In this document: in pieces, positions 1-13,096 of the stretch
Position numbering within the stretch: the first letter of the stretch is position 1
Layout of the letters: each line of letters opens with the position of its first letter
Assembly: GCA_965112155.1 (NCBI GenBank)
Contig: OZ218099.1
Direction: 5' to 3' (one strand)
Source of the DNA: Podarcis liolepis
Taxonomy: Eukaryota
Length of the DNA: 64,000 nucleotides
The notes under the pieces: model-generated
The model's input: only the letters and a program-made list of their open reading frames with translations
Databases searched by the model: none
Told to the model about the DNA's origin: nothing
Position numbers and translations under genes: made by a program

Positions 1-1718
1 TAAAAAGCAAAAAGAACACAAACTAAAGCTCAGATTCTTAGGACCCAGTGGGGAATAAGTACTTTATTCTGCATTAGAAGCTGACCCCTTGCATTAGTTG
101 ACACAGAAATTCCAGAGTCTTTCATTTTACAGTCCTGCTTGTCTGTCAGACGGGTGTCATGGGGCAACAAGGAGTCTGACTGCTGGTCCCATGATCCAGC
201 TAGCTAAAATGCAACCTTTCGTATCTGGGAGTCTGACATAGTTCTGGGCTACAATCCAACACAGCGCTGAATTCTTTGTATTCAGTAGGTTTTGTATTGG
301 TTTGAGGCCCTGATGTTTAGAACTGGCTCCCCGACCCCCCCCCCCCAATGGAAAATGGCTATTTCATTAGAAGGGGCAGTTTCCTGATAAATGTCAGGTT
401 TTAAATTTTCTTTTTTAAAAAATACAAAAACAAAATTCCTCTCAGTTTGAAGATGAATTGTTTTCTTCAATTTTTTATTTATTTATTAAAAAATTAAATC
501 CAACATTTAAGACTATGGTTGAGTCAATAAAATATACAGTATCTGACAATCCTATATCCCTGCTCTCTCCTTCTATTTTCTATGTACACCAATATGTATG
601 TTCAATGTATAACACTTTGCTCTTCTATTTATAATAACTGTATAATGTGCTTTTACAGATATCTTTTAGTTTTTCTAGTATTTAATTTTTATTTTTTTTG
701 CTTTATTTATTATTTCTATGTTGCCTGGTTTTAAGCAGATGCTCTTTTATATAGGTAAAGGCGTAGTATTTTCTTATTTACAGTTTAGTTGGCATTCACT
801 TTCTGCCATTGATGGTCTTTACACTCATCAGCTAGTCAATGTTATTCTGGCTTTTAGCTCTCTAAAGCACAATCATGTATGATGGCTGAAAGCCTTAAAT
901 AGTGTGATTTCATGGGTTCCTCCAGCTTTTTCTCTGATATTATTGTTGCCATTTGTTTCCTTTTCCTTTTTTCTTTTCCACCTGAAGCTGACTGTTGAAA
1001 GACTTGCTGTGCTCTGCTTCCATATGTTTAAAGCAGAAGGTGAACACTATAGCAACTTTACTTTTAGAGAAGCCTAAACATCTTGTAATACGCCAATTAA
1101 TACCATATGCTGTGTTTATAATAACCAGCATTTACAAAGCCTCCTGGCCACTGTTAGGGCTGCCATGCTCCAGCACGTTAGCAGAAGTGGCTGAATAGAG
1201 CAGACTGAATCCAGAAAATAAGACAAGGCTGACGAAGCCCGGTTGGGCAAAACAAGGAATTATCCTGGAATCCTTGTCTTATTTTCTGCATGTGCCATTC
1301 TTCCAAGTTCTTCGTCTGAAACCTGCATATGAGGAACGCTAGAATTCTTAAAAGCATCTTCACACACACACAAAATGCATCTTCACGTGGAACTCTACAA
1401 GATATTAAAATTCCACACCGTAGATATTGCTAATATAAGAACTGAATAGATTGTATTTCCTGGTCAACCTGCTGGACTTTAATTTCTCATAATACGTTTT
1501 GTTTATTTGGTAAGTTGGTCTATAGAACCATATATTTTTTATATGATATGTTGAATCGCATTTGAAAAAGAATTTATACAGTTACATACAGCCTGTTACA
1601 TTGTTTGTGTTGTTGTCGAAACTAGTGGTGCACAAGCAGAGCTGAAGCAGTCAGACATATTGAAGGGAAGAGCGAACCAGGCAACTAACAGAATGAAACC
1701 ACTACACATACTGAATAG

Positions 1719-2285
1719 TGTTATGAGTTTGTGGGTGCTATACCCCTTTAATCCCTGGATCTAGCAAGTGTTGGAAGCTAATCAAAAGCCAGGCTAGCTT
1801 CCTGAACCCCTTGATCTAGCAAGTGTTAAAATATAAGCCAGGCTAGCTTCCTGTTGAGGTGATCGCCTAGGTGATCGGCCATTAAGAGAACGAAGGAAAG
1901 GAGCCTCTTTGCCAAATAACAAATGGATGGTGCTCCTCCTTCAACTCTTAGATAGTTGTAAGGATAATTCCTGAGCTGCAAGCAGAGTTTCCTGTGATGC
2001 AAACTATAAGTAAAGCATCAAGCTGGATAGAGAGTCAGAAAGTTATGTTTGATGCCTGTTTCAATCCACGGCTGTGGCTATGGGAGAAGCAAGACCCTTT
2101 TCGGGGTGTTGATGCAGTGAACGCCTCCATCAGAGGTTCAGATTGTAAATATGTGTAAATAAACCATATATCATAAAGACACCACTGTCTCCGCTGTGCC
2201 TCATTCCCAAAAGGAAACATGAACCTTGGGTAAGCGCCTTAAACCCCAAGAATCTCACACCACTCAGAGATTGGGGTAGTGTACA
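1719..2285 (+). mobile_element. Probable solo LTR (ERV/Gypsy-type)
   Basis: TGTTA...ACA ends. Tandemly duplicated U3-like unit GATCTAGCAAGTGTT...AAGCCAGGCTAGCTTCCTG (1758-1804, 1813-1853). TATAAG at 2005 and AATAAA at 2158. 3' end CTCAGAGATTGGGGT is shared with a second copy at ~29.3 kb. TSD not resolved. Confidence 0.6.
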
Positions 2286-2312
2286 AAAAATGCTAGTCTC
2301 TTTCCAGTACAC

Positions 2313-2508
2313 TGGTGTAGGGGTTGGACTAGGGCCTGGGAGACCAGGGTTCGAATCCTTGCTCAGCCATGAAGCTCACTAGGTGACCTTGGGCCAGTCA
2401 CTGTCAGCGTAATCTACCTCATAGCTTTGTTGTGAGGAGAAAACAGACAAAGGAAGAACCATGTATGCCACCTTGGATTTCCTTGAAGGAAAACTGGGAA
2501 ATAAATGT
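2313..2508 (+). mobile_element. tRNA-derived SINE (MIR/CORE-like, L2-type tail)
   Basis: B box GGTTCGAATCC at 2348-2358, core-like GGTGACCTTGGGCCAGTCAC, tail ending GGGAAATAAATG. Confidence 0.7.
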
Positions 2509-2801
2509 ACGAAATGGAACTAAATGTATAAAAGCACACTGGCCTCTTTACGTTCAAGAAGCCCAGGCTGAAGGCAACTTCTTTGGCTCCACCTGGTTGC
2601 TAAGCAACACTCCCCATCCCAATTGTGAGCCCAGTTTGCAGCCAGGGCTCTCTGGATGCAGCGAGAGCTGTTAATCAGCTCCGCACCCTGTGTGACTCTT
2701 GCTATTACATGTTTAGCACGTGAAAAACAAATTAACCCTTGCGCTTTGGCGTGAGAAATCTTGCCATCTGCGCCAATGCCACAAATTCCCTTTTTAAAAT
2801 A

Positions 2802-3039
2802 CAGTGGTACCTCAGGTTAAGAACTCGTTCCGGAGGTCCATTCTTAACCTGAAACTGTTCTTAACCTGAGGTACCACTTTAGCTAATGGGGCCTCCCGCT
2901 GCCTCTGCTGCCGCCGGAGCCCGAATTCTGTTCTCATCCTGAAGCAAAGTTCTTAACCCGAGGTACTATTTCTGGGTTAGCGGAGTCTGTAACCTGAAGC
3001 ATCTGCAACCTGAAGGGTCTGTAACCCGAGGTACCACTG
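2802..3039. mobile_element. Tc1/mariner (Tigger/pogo-like) MITE
   Basis: TA|CAGTGGTACCTC...GAGGTACCACTG|TA, with internal repeats of TAACCTGA/TAACCCGA. Confidence 0.85.
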
Positions 3040-5035
3040 TAGGCTGATTCAAGGAGACACTGTTTAAATTTCCCATAGTGCTCCTGGCATAGCATCACTA
3101 TGAGGCACTGTGGGAGATGTGAATAACCACCAGGGACAGCATAATGCTACTAGGGCATTAGAGGAGGCAAAAGTTAAGAAAAAATTTCCTTACAGTCAGT
3201 GGAAAGCCCCCCCCCCCCCATCAGCTTCCTATATTCCCCTGGACTCCTGCCACTGAATGTGCCGTGGTGTTGGGCACTGGGCGGAGTTGTGCCTCTTTGT
3301 GATTTGCCTGAGCGCTGCAGGGTAGGGTTGCACCATTTCATTTCCCCAAAACATTTACACCCTGCCTTTTGGGTGGTTGTTGTTGTTAGTAGTAGTAATT
3401 GCTCATGGTTATCATGGCATCATTTGGCCCTTGCCATATCCTGGTTCGTTCCAGGTATCAGCATGTAACACTGTGATTGATGGAGTGGTGTTGCTATACT
3501 GTGTCATTAAAAGTGAGTGGCATAATTTTGCTTGAAAATTTTGTTGCCTGGCTTACATAGCATCTTAAGTTATGTGAATGCAATGCCATCTTTAGCAGCA
3601 TCTGTAATATTTATTCAGGGCACAGTTAAGGACTATTTAGCTATCTTTCTGAGTTTTTAAGTCTCACTGCTGATGGGTTGGTTATTTGTGTTTTCAATGC
3701 TTTGTTTATGATAAATTAACATAGTTTTATTGGTTTTATTATTTTATGTATTTTTAAACATTTTTAACGTTGATTCAGGGGCTTCTCTGTAGGGTATGCA
3801 ATGAATCTACTTCAAAATAAAATAAAGCCAGCACTGGAACATAAGAGAGAATTGTTGTTTTAACATAGCCAGAGTTCCCACCTTGAGCATCAAGCTCCCA
3901 GATTGTCTTGGGTTGACATAAATTCCATGCTGTGGGCAGAATGTCTGGTTTTGAGAAGCGAAATTTAGAATACTCTTCCCTACCAAAAAAAAATATATAT
4001 TGTCTGCCTCAGCCAGACTGTTAAAAGGACAATCGCCAACTGCCCTGGATGTAGCATTCCAGTAAGTACCTGCTACTGATTCCAAAGAGCTTCATTAAAA
4101 GCAGCTCTCATCTGAGGCAGAGAGAACAATAGATAGAATGGAATAGCGAACCATTAAAAATTACTGCATACAAAGGTCCTGTCCTGTATTTTCCATTTTG
4201 TTGCTCTTTTATTCTATTCATTTTGTTGTTAACTGGGAAATTGCCCTTCAATCACTTCTTAAGCTCTCGCATGAAAGCAGAAACAAGCATAGCATCTAAC
4301 TAACTGCTGCCAAATTCCTCTGTGCTTGCTCCTATGAAGCAAGGGCTGTTGATTCTGCTTTCAGCTGTAAGCTTTTCCTCTGGTCTGCTTCCATGCAGGG
4401 AAACTTGCCCCTGAAGATAATCCTCATGACCTTTTCCTTTTGGTAAGACAACCGGCAGGTGGTCTTCTTGATCCACCTCAATGAATCCTGGCACTTGGTT
4501 CAACTTGTACCATACCCCACAACATTTTGGGAGGGCAATTCGGGGCACCATCACCACCACCCTGCTGACCCCGTCCCTTGCCCCCTTCCCTGCTACCAAC
4601 CCCTTGCTCGCTCGCCTGCGCATCCCCCTCCCTCCGTCCACCACCTACCTTTCTCCAGTCGTCCTCCGCAGCACCTGGCCTGTGCCATCTCGGAAGAAGT
4701 AGCACAGGCTGGGCAGACCTTCCAGCAGGGCCAGCTTACCACATTTTGAAGGAAGTGACGTAAATCACATTACCATCTAAAAGGGAGTTTTGTTGTCAAA
4801 CAGTTGAGTCCAGAGTTTAAAACTCTAACCCCTTGGAGATGTTTGTGGTTTTTTTTTATTTTCAGTCGTGAAGTATATAAATATTGTTAAGTAAAAAATA
4901 AAATAAAACCACATGCCGTTTTCGAAGAGGAATCTGAAGTAACCATGTATTTGGTCTCTATACATTGGCCATGCCGGCTGAGTCTCATGCGAACTAAAGT
5001 CCGGCCACAACTGGAGGACTATTCCTGGCTACTCT

Positions 5036-5147
5036 TGGTCTACACTGACTTGCAACCGACCCCAGGGTTTCAGGGTTAGAGAGGGTGGGGACTGAAGCTG
5101 AGACCCTCTGCATGCAAAGAATGTGCTCTACCTCTAAATTTACGGCC
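5036..5147 (-). mobile_element. Degenerate tRNA-derived squamate SINE fragment
   Basis: GTCTACACTGAC...GACCCTCTGCATGCAAAG...GCTCTACC, the same family as the host SINEs at 22.7 and 32.9 kb. Confidence 0.55.
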
Positions 5148-7015
5148 ATTTTCTTTTCTTTTTCTTGTTAAAGATTTGATTGATTTTCCATTTTCAAAAC
5201 AAATATCCAATATCAATACTAAACCTAAGTTTTTCACACACACACACACACACCCGTTGACTTCCCTTGGCTTCCATTTCTGGTTTATTACATCAAATGA
5301 TACATTCTGCTGTTTATATACAATACTATGTTATGTTCTAGCTGTTCTTCACCCTGATAACCTGGAAAATGCTTGCTTATATTCTGGAGAGGAATTTCTG
5401 TGTCTATTAATAGACACCTTAGCCCCACTTCTTGCACTGGCAGTGTCGCCATCGTCGCCTGCTCGCTTTCCTCAACACACAAATCTGCAAATGGCAGCCA
5501 CGTAAAACACTCTTCTAGGATTTTGCACCAAGTGAATGAGTGTACTTATTCCCCACAACCACCTTTGCCCTGGTTCCTCAGCCTCCAGCTTGCTCTAAAC
5601 TATATACCATCTATGAAATTATTTTAACAAGACCATATACGTAAAAGCAAAGTCTCTGTCTGAGTAATGCTTAGGGAGAGTGGGGGGGGGAATTAAACTT
5701 CTCTCTAAACTAATTAAACTGTACTATGTGTCCTTGTGTAGTTCCGGGTGCTTTTCTGGTTCACTCAGTTTCAATAGCTACATAAAAATTGGAGCCAGGG
5801 CTCCTGAATGACTAACTCAGAACAAAAGCAGGTCCCCTGAGTATTCTTGAGCAGCCAGCAAACTGAGAGAAAGTTATTTCGGGTTAATCAATGTACTTCA
5901 GTTACAATCACATTTAACCCTAACGGTAAAGAGGTCTGCAAACAAGGAATTACTGTTCCAGGCTTGGAAGTGTCACTAACCAGACAGCTCTGCTCAGATG
6001 CACTTAGGCTTCGCGCACATATGTAGCACGAGTTTTCAAGGCATTTTCAGGACAAGGGGGAACTGGTGGCTCAAGATCTAAGGGGGGAAATGCCATGGAT
6101 ATTTAGAAAACCTTTAGCAGGCAGGTTTCACTTTCATGTCCAGAGATCCTATCTGATCACAATGTTTGGGATAAATGAATGAAGAATCAGAGTGTTCAGG
6201 AACACGAAGACAATTTAGAAACTATGTAGTACATGTTGATTCAGGACGGGGGAAGGACAGTGTTGCCCCCTTGCCACCAGCTATCCATGGCTCGCTCTGG
6301 CACAATCTGTCAAGTCGGAGAAGTAGAAGACACCTAACTGATGCAATCAATTCCAACTATTTACCAAACTTAATGTTTGATTGTACTATTTGCATTAAAT
6401 ATGCATGGAATGCTTGTTGGAGGGGGTATATGAGATTGTATTTTTAGAAAGTGAAAAGTAAACTTAAGAAGACAAGGAAAAGGTAAGTTATTTACATACT
6501 TGCATATAGATAGACATCTTTTCGGTAACACACCAAGACACCCTGAAGCAAAACCTTGGTTGCTACACCCCCGCCCTGCCAAACCCAGCTAGAGCCAACA
6601 CTTTAAAAATCTTGCTGCACCATTCAAACAGCATTCTTTGCCTTCCTGTATTCTCTTCCTCCGTGATCTAAAGCAGGTTGCTTTTATCCTGCTCCATTGT
6701 ATTTATGCCATTGATATTCTGCCTTTTCTCCAAGGAGCCAACACTGCATATGTCTCACACAGACCCTCAAAATAGATTAGACAGACCTTCAAGTTACCCA
6801 GTGAGTGTTACAGCTGAGGGGGGATGTGAACTTGGGTCTTCCCATTCCAGGTTGAAAACTCTACCATTACATCATGCTCACACAAACACCCCCTTTTTGC
6901 GTCTGGCTCCAAGTGGACTAATAAGCAGGTTTGGCAGCTGCCCTGGATGACGTAGTTCAAAGGGAGCATGTTCTTCTGTGTCAATGCTGCTCCTGGTGTA
7001 GCTTTCTCCCTATTC

Positions 7016-7155
7016 CAGAAGCAGAAAACCTGTGGTCCAGCAGATGTTGTTGGACTCCAGCTCCCACCAGGCCCAGCCAGCAAGGCCAGTGGTCAAGGAA
7101 CGATGGAAGTTTGTAGCCTGGCAACTTGGGACGGTTCACAGTTTCCCCAACTCTG
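7016..7155. mobile_element. Degenerate hAT MITE related to the 136-bp family
   Basis: CAG...CTG ends, internal CAGATGTTGTTGGACTCCAGCTCCCA...CCAGTGGTCAAGG...GATGGAAGTTTGTAG. TSD eroded. Confidence 0.55.
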
Positions 7156-7288
7156 TGCTGTGCCATCTGCCCCAGAATCCTCTGCAATGCAGGCTCCCAG
7201 TTCACAGCAGGAGCTGCCTACTCCAAGAGCGGCCCGTGAGTCTGTGTGTAGCTCCTGAAGGCGCCTTCTCTGTGATGATACAGGGAGT

Positions 7289-7702
7289 GCTCCCAGCATG
7301 TTTCTGAGCACAATTCAAAGTGTTGGTGCTGACCTTTAAAGCCCTAAACGGCCTCAGCCCAGGATACCTGAAGGAGCGTCTCCATCCCCATTGTTCTGCC
7401 CGGACACTGCGGTCCAGCTCCGAGGGCCTTCTGGTGGTTCCCTCCCTGTGAGAAGTGAGGTTACAGGGAACCAGGCAGAGGGCCTTCTCGATAGTGGCAT
7501 CCATCCAGTGGAACACCTTCCCATCAGATGTCAAGGAAATAAACAACTATCTGACATCTGAAGGCAGCCCTGCTTAGGGAAGTTTTTAATGTTTGATGTT
7601 TTATCATGTTTTTAATATTCTGTTGTGAGCTGCCCAGAGTGGCTGGGGAAATCCAATCCAGATGGGCAGGGTATAACTAAATAAATTGTTGTTGTTGTTA
7701 TT
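7289..7702 (+). mobile_element. L2-clade LINE 3' fragment (ORF2 C-terminus, 3'UTR, simple-repeat tail)
   Basis: Translates QFKVLVLTFKALNGLSPGYLKERL...RTLRSS...*...RAFSIVASIQWNTFP, the typical L2 ORF2 end, with an internal stop and a (TTG)n tail. Confidence 0.85.
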
Positions 7703-8613
7703 CTGCTTGCAGAGGAAACCTGCTGCACAGAGAGAGGGGGAAACCAACACTGAGCCACCCCGAGCCGTGAGCTGATAAGTACTGCTAAGGCGTCCTAGGC
7801 TTATGCTCAAAGAGGAGGCTAGTCCATCCAAAGCTGTCTCCAAAGCAATGATTAATCTGCTTTAATAGATACTTTCCTCTCAGTCAGTATCAGGAGACTC
7901 AGTTGTGACTGCAGCTGCTGCTGTTGCAGTGAACCACACCCAACCAAAGGTGCTGAGTCACGACCCTTGAGTCATCAGCAGCTGAACTCTCCCTCACCAG
8001 CCTGGTGTCTGCCTCCACTGCCGCTTCTTGGGAGATGCCCTTCTGCAGACCTGATAACAGCTCTGCTGAATACCAGCTTTGCTGTTGAACTTGTCTCTGC
8101 CAACCTAGCAAGCTAGGCCAGTTCCATGTCCCCACCCGGCCAGCCCACTGTTGCATAGAGTTTCTATCTAGCCATATATTTATTCATTTCTATTCTTGAC
8201 CTCCTCTCCTTAAATGTAGCTTGTAACCATGCCTGGGCAGCTCTCGCAGCCAGGTTGCAGAAGATCTTGGCAAAACATGTGTGTCGTATCTGATAATAAT
8301 AATAAAAAGACTACACCAACCTAGCCAGACATGTGGTATGCTGACATGTGTTTTAATCTCATTTTCTTGCTGCTGATTTTTCATTATCTTTTGAATGTTT
8401 TAAACACCTGTTTTTAGCAGTCTTTTATTGATAATTTTAATGTGGTTTTTGTGTTTTAACTGCTTGGAGGCTGTATTACAATCAAATGGTATATAAATGT
8501 TGTGAAATTAATGAAAATGAATAAACTACAGTTGGTAACACTTTGATTCAAATGTTTGTATGCATGCATGTAGCACACCTCCTCTTTGGATGGGAATTGA
8601 TGATGAAAACATA

Positions 8614-8867
8614 CAGTCATACCTTGGGTTACAGATGCTTCAGGTTGCGTTTTTTGGGGTTATGGACCGCCAAAACTTGGAAGTACCAGAAGAGGTTACT
8701 TTCGGGTTTCAATGGTCATGCATGCGCAGAAGTGCTAAATCGCATTATGCGCAGAAGCGCCAAATCACAACCTGTGTGTGCACAGATGCGCCACTGCAGG
8801 TTGCAGATGCTGCGGGTTGCAAACGTGCATCCTGCACGGATCATGTTCGCAACCCAAGCGTCCACTG
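8614..8867. mobile_element. Tc1/mariner MITE
   Basis: TA|CAGTCATACCTTGGGTT...AACCCAAGCGTCCACTG|TA, imperfect TIRs with TA TSD. Confidence 0.75.
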
Positions 8868-9205
8868 TATTTTAAAAATGAAATGAAATGCACACATTAG
8901 TAGAGCTGAAAACGTCAGAAGCTAGACTGAGTAATATATTGCCTGTTCAGAGAGGGGGAGAGAGGAAGAGAGAAGAAAACTACTGGGAAGGATACAAAAA
9001 GAATGTCTTTCCCATATCTGCTGCCCAAGAGTGCAAGGACCAAGTCAAGCCAAGTGATGGGTGCATTGGAGGTCTTCAAACACAGGTTGGGCGGGCAGCT
9101 GTTGTGTATCTTCTGGCCCCAGATTTCCTGCCCTGAGTGGGAAATTGCACTAGACGGCCAACAAGTTTTTCTCCAGCTCCATCACCCCCTTTAATAGCAA
9201 ACTCA

Positions 9206-9775
9206 GGTGGGGAGGATTCGCTACTGCTTTCACTTCACAATACATTGTGCGTTGCATTTTGGATTCATTGTGGAAATATGAGGAGTTGACAATTGTGTCA
9301 TTAAGGAACTGGCTTCCATGGCTTTTGATTGCACAGCATGCTCCCAGAGATGCTGCAGACATTGCTACATCGTTGTGAGCTGTGCCAGCTGGAGGCTTTT
9401 TTCTGGTTTTCTCATAGTAAGAATCTCCACTGATTATGGCCAGTGGGGGTGGTATTTGCCAGTGGGAGGGTTAGTTTAACGTCACAAAAGCCCATATACA
9501 AGAACACGGCATCCCAGGAAAATATTGGGAGAGAGGGAAATCTGTGGTTGCTGGTCAAGCTCATTGTGTACAAAGCAGGCTTTGTTCCTCTCTCAGTGAG
9601 AATGTTCCTTGGAGGGCAATTCTACACTATAAATGTAACCTAGTTTCAAACATGATCAGTGCTTATGATCCCTGTCCTATGGGAAGCTAGGAACTGTGTT
9701 GATAGTATTACTTGCCAGGAATCCCTATGAAATGTGACAAAAGGCGGAATCCTCAAAGGTGGGTGATTGGAAAGA
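9206..9775 (+). repeat. Copy 1 of a ~550-bp direct duplication (copy 2 at 16671-17197)
   Basis: Identical blocks: 9238-9267=16702-16731 (30 nt), 9289-9321=16740-16772 (33 nt), 9508-9548=16941-16981 (41 nt). Confidence 0.9.
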
Positions 9776-10819
9776 GTTTGTTTAGGGGAGTGCCAAGGTT
9801 TGCAAAAGTTCAATAAGTTATTGGGGGGGGGGTCTTAAGGAAGGCCCACCCACCCAAACAGGGGGCTGTCTGTCAGAGGAGACCTGGAAAACTGGAGTGG
9901 GGAGAGGGAATGAAATGAAGTATCCTAGAGGAATTCCAGATTGGCTGGCTGGCTGGAACACCAAATAGGAGCAGGCTGTAGTGCAATGCTTTGTTGCAAG
10001 CCCCCTTGTGAACCATTTTGAGACAATACTGAGACCACAAAAATATGCAAGGAGCACATTTTCTGTAACCTCGTCTGACCCTACGTGCCATCTTCCTTCT
10101 TTGAAAACCCGTGTCAGAACAGACAACTATCCAAGCAATCTTGGCAATTGCTTTTGGGGAAGCAATGGAAACATGGATGAGCAAGCTCAAATGAAATTTG
10201 ACAGTGGCGAGCCTGGCCCTGTCCTGGTCACATTTAAATGGAGGGGTGGAGATCAAGAATCCATTTTTAGAGCAAAAGGGCGAGAGTGCCAAAAAGGAAA
10301 AGAAAAGTGGTAGAGCACATGATCTGCATACTAAAGCAACCAGAGTTAAATGGACCAGAAGATGGACTTGGTAGCTTGCTCTGTTCCTCCTTATATGTGA
10401 CTTGGTTTGAAATAAGAGGACCTGCTGCTGTCCAATGTCGCTTGAGTCCTGGTTAACATATATGATGAGCATGTATTCACACACATTCTAAAGAGGCCAA
10501 CGGCATTTTCATATTGTTAGCGGTGCATTTCTTTCTTCTCCTGGGCTCCCATGTAACTGAGCTTGATGGTTGTAAGACTAAACCAAAAGGTAATGTTTCA
10601 GTGCAGGGTTCACAAACATAGTAATGGATTAAATTTCTGCTCCAAAGTGCTCTGCATCTCAAGTAGTATCAGTGACCAGACAGACCTGTGCTCCCCTCGC
10701 CCTGCCCACACTCACTGTTGGCGTGGTCTCCACCCCAGACAGTAAAGATCACTGTGGAAAGCTTGAAAAAATATGTGTGTCCATTTGCTTCAGGCTTATG
10801 CCTTTAAAGAACACAGAAA

Positions 10820-11436
10820 CATAGAAGGGTAGAGTTGGAGGGGACCCTGAGGATCATCTATTCCAACTCCCCACAATGCAAGAATATGCAGCTATCCCAT
10901 ACAACAGTGGTTTTTGACCAGGGTGCCCTGGTCAGGTGTGCCGCAGGCAACACTGGCCTCTGTCCCTCTTTCTTTCCCTCCCTCTTCTGATGCCCTCTCA
11001 CATCACTGCCTTCCAAAAGCTTGCACAGCTGTTTGTTGTAGCAGCCCTGGCTAGAAGCTCTGTAGGTAAATGGTCTTCTGAGGCTGGCCAGGGGGTGCTT
11101 CCAGGGGGGCAGTGTGAGGAGGCACATCTCTTTGGGGCAGGGAGGGCACCTCAGAAATTGGGGGGGGGCAGCTGCAGCCACCCAGGAGAGGGGAGAAGAG
11201 AGGAGGCTGAAGAACACTCCCCAAGGGAGGGTGTTCAAAAAGAGGTGAGGGGCCGCTGGCTCTGCAGGCAAATGGTGACATTACTGGGCTGCTGAGCCCC
11301 ACAGGGGTGCCGCAGAAAGAATTTAGTTGGCCAAGGGACCCGTGGACCAATAAAGGTTGAAAACTTCTGCCATCCATACAAGGATCGAACATGCAACCTT
11401 GGCCGTATCAACACCACATGCTAACCTGCTGAGCTA
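10820..11436 (-). mobile_element. tRNA(Ile-like)-headed SINE with CR1-like tail, interrupted by a hAT MITE
   Basis: Minus strand reads TAGCTCAGCAGGTTAGCATGTGGTGTTGATACGGCCAAGGTTGCATGTTCGATCC [insert] ...GTTGGAATAGATGATCCTCAGGGTCCCCTCCAACTCTACCCTTCTATG. Confidence 0.75.
10905..11369. mobile_element. hAT (Charlie-like) non-autonomous element nested in a SINE
   Basis: CAGTGGTTTTTGACC...GGTTGAAAACTTCTG. Target CCATACAA at 10897-10904 recurs at 11374-11381 after a 4-nt CCAT stutter. Confidence 0.7.
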
Positions 11437-13054
11437 TCAATGACAATTTCTATCAACAAAGTCATCAAATATAAATAAATCATAGGCCCCTTGAGAGTAT
11501 GTAAACTCCAGGCGTTGTGCATTTGACCACTGGCTACAGTTCCTGGAGCCCGGCTTGTTTCAATGCATTAAGGATGTGTGAGTAATGCACAGTTTGTCCT
11601 CAGCAATGATGTTGCTGGTAGCAGTATTCAGCTGCTACCTGGACTGGAGGAGAGGAATAGCTGAGCATTTAACAGAATGGCAAATGTTTATCACAGTGCC
11701 ATACAAAATGGTAGGCAGGGTTCAACTGGGTGGTGCAAACTCGAAAGGTCTGAATTTTACTGAATTAAATGAATGCTGAATCATGTTCTTCGTGGAACAG
11801 GAAGCATAAATTCTGCAAACTCTGTAACTGAGAGCCGTTGCGTGTGAAAAACAAGTGTGTGGTATCTGTCAGTGCAAGGATTTTTTCATGCACAATGGGC
11901 CTCCCCCTCTCCCCATGCACACCCTGTGCCCTTCCCAAATCTGCTCCAGAGGTGTTGGGAGAACAGATTTAGGAGCCAGGTGGTGAAAGGGAAGGAGAGA
12001 AGTTCTGCTCTGTAAGTGGAGATTCTTACACTGATGGACAGTTTGAGTTGGCTACCATCCTCTGTGTATATTAATTTGAAAAATATTTCACATTTAAACC
12101 TAACTGAAGTTGCACCAATGTATATTTTAGTGGTAATGTAAGCCGAATGGTTAATGTATATAACAACTGACCATTGTGCATGTTCACCAGGCTTCATGGA
12201 GAATGAGCATATAATCTGTTTAAGAAGGGAAATGGTACACCTTTTCCAGTTAATACACACAATCTCCAACAGGCCTTGGAGAATTTGCATATTGACAGCA
12301 TTTAGTACATTCTCCAGGCAATATGCACATTCCCTGGTTACTTTTTGTTTTTATCACATTTCAAACAGGTCGCTTATGCAATGGTCCGGCAATGGTGATG
12401 CCTCTTTTTGCTGAAGATGAAGATACAATACAAGAATGCTATGAGGTTTATAATTTTTTTAAAATCAAAGTCCACAGCAGTGCTTATTTAAAGAAGCTTC
12501 CAGGGCATTACAAAGTGCATAATAGTAGAATTATCAGGCAACATTTTGGTAATTCAGATCAGGCTTCCCTCTCTTTTTCTTTCTCCCTCTGATTTTTAAA
12601 ACAATGAGCACTTTATCCCATAATAAGCTCTAATTAGATTAATCTGTTTCTGTAGCTGACAGGTCAGATGTCTTCACTGAAATAGATGTCTGCGTTCTTA
12701 TTGTGTCTTCATTATTGGATTAAATTTTGATCCAGGCAGGGAAATTCTTCCCTGGCTCATGTGTGTATGTGTGGGGGGGGGGGGGTTACTGTATGTGAAT
12801 GTGAATTATAGTGCTGGTCCACATTTGAGCATTGTTTAGCTGTTAATACACTTCCTCCACATTTGAATTAGACCACGTTGCACATATCCACAGATATTTG
12901 AATCTGTATATGAGGAGCAACATTGGTCTTTTCCATTGATAGTAGTAGGAATTCCCTTTTGTGTTTGTCCCCACCTTCTAATTTGTTGGTTCTATTATGC
13001 CAGTTAAGTACCAGCTGGGCATGTGAACAGATAGCTTCGTGTGCATCTTGGTTC

Positions 13055-13096
13055 TGTTTGTTTGTTTGTTTGTTTGTTTGTTTGTTTGTTTGTTTG
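13055..13096. repeat. (TTTG)10 microsatellite
   Basis: Read directly from the sequence. Confidence 0.95.

Noticed and set aside
4300-4763. GC-rich patch with several overlapping ORFs
   Set aside because: Pro/Gly-rich low-complexity translations with no recognisable protein or TE termini. Cannot be supported.
9873-10484. 203-aa minus-strand ORF
   Set aside because: No recognisable homology, codon bias or exon structure. A chance ORF of this length is plausible among six frames of 64 kb.
11374-11436. tRNA-like sequences (also at 2313, 5090, 23500, 43530)
   Set aside because: Degenerate SINE heads joined to SINE bodies, with no intact cloverleaf.
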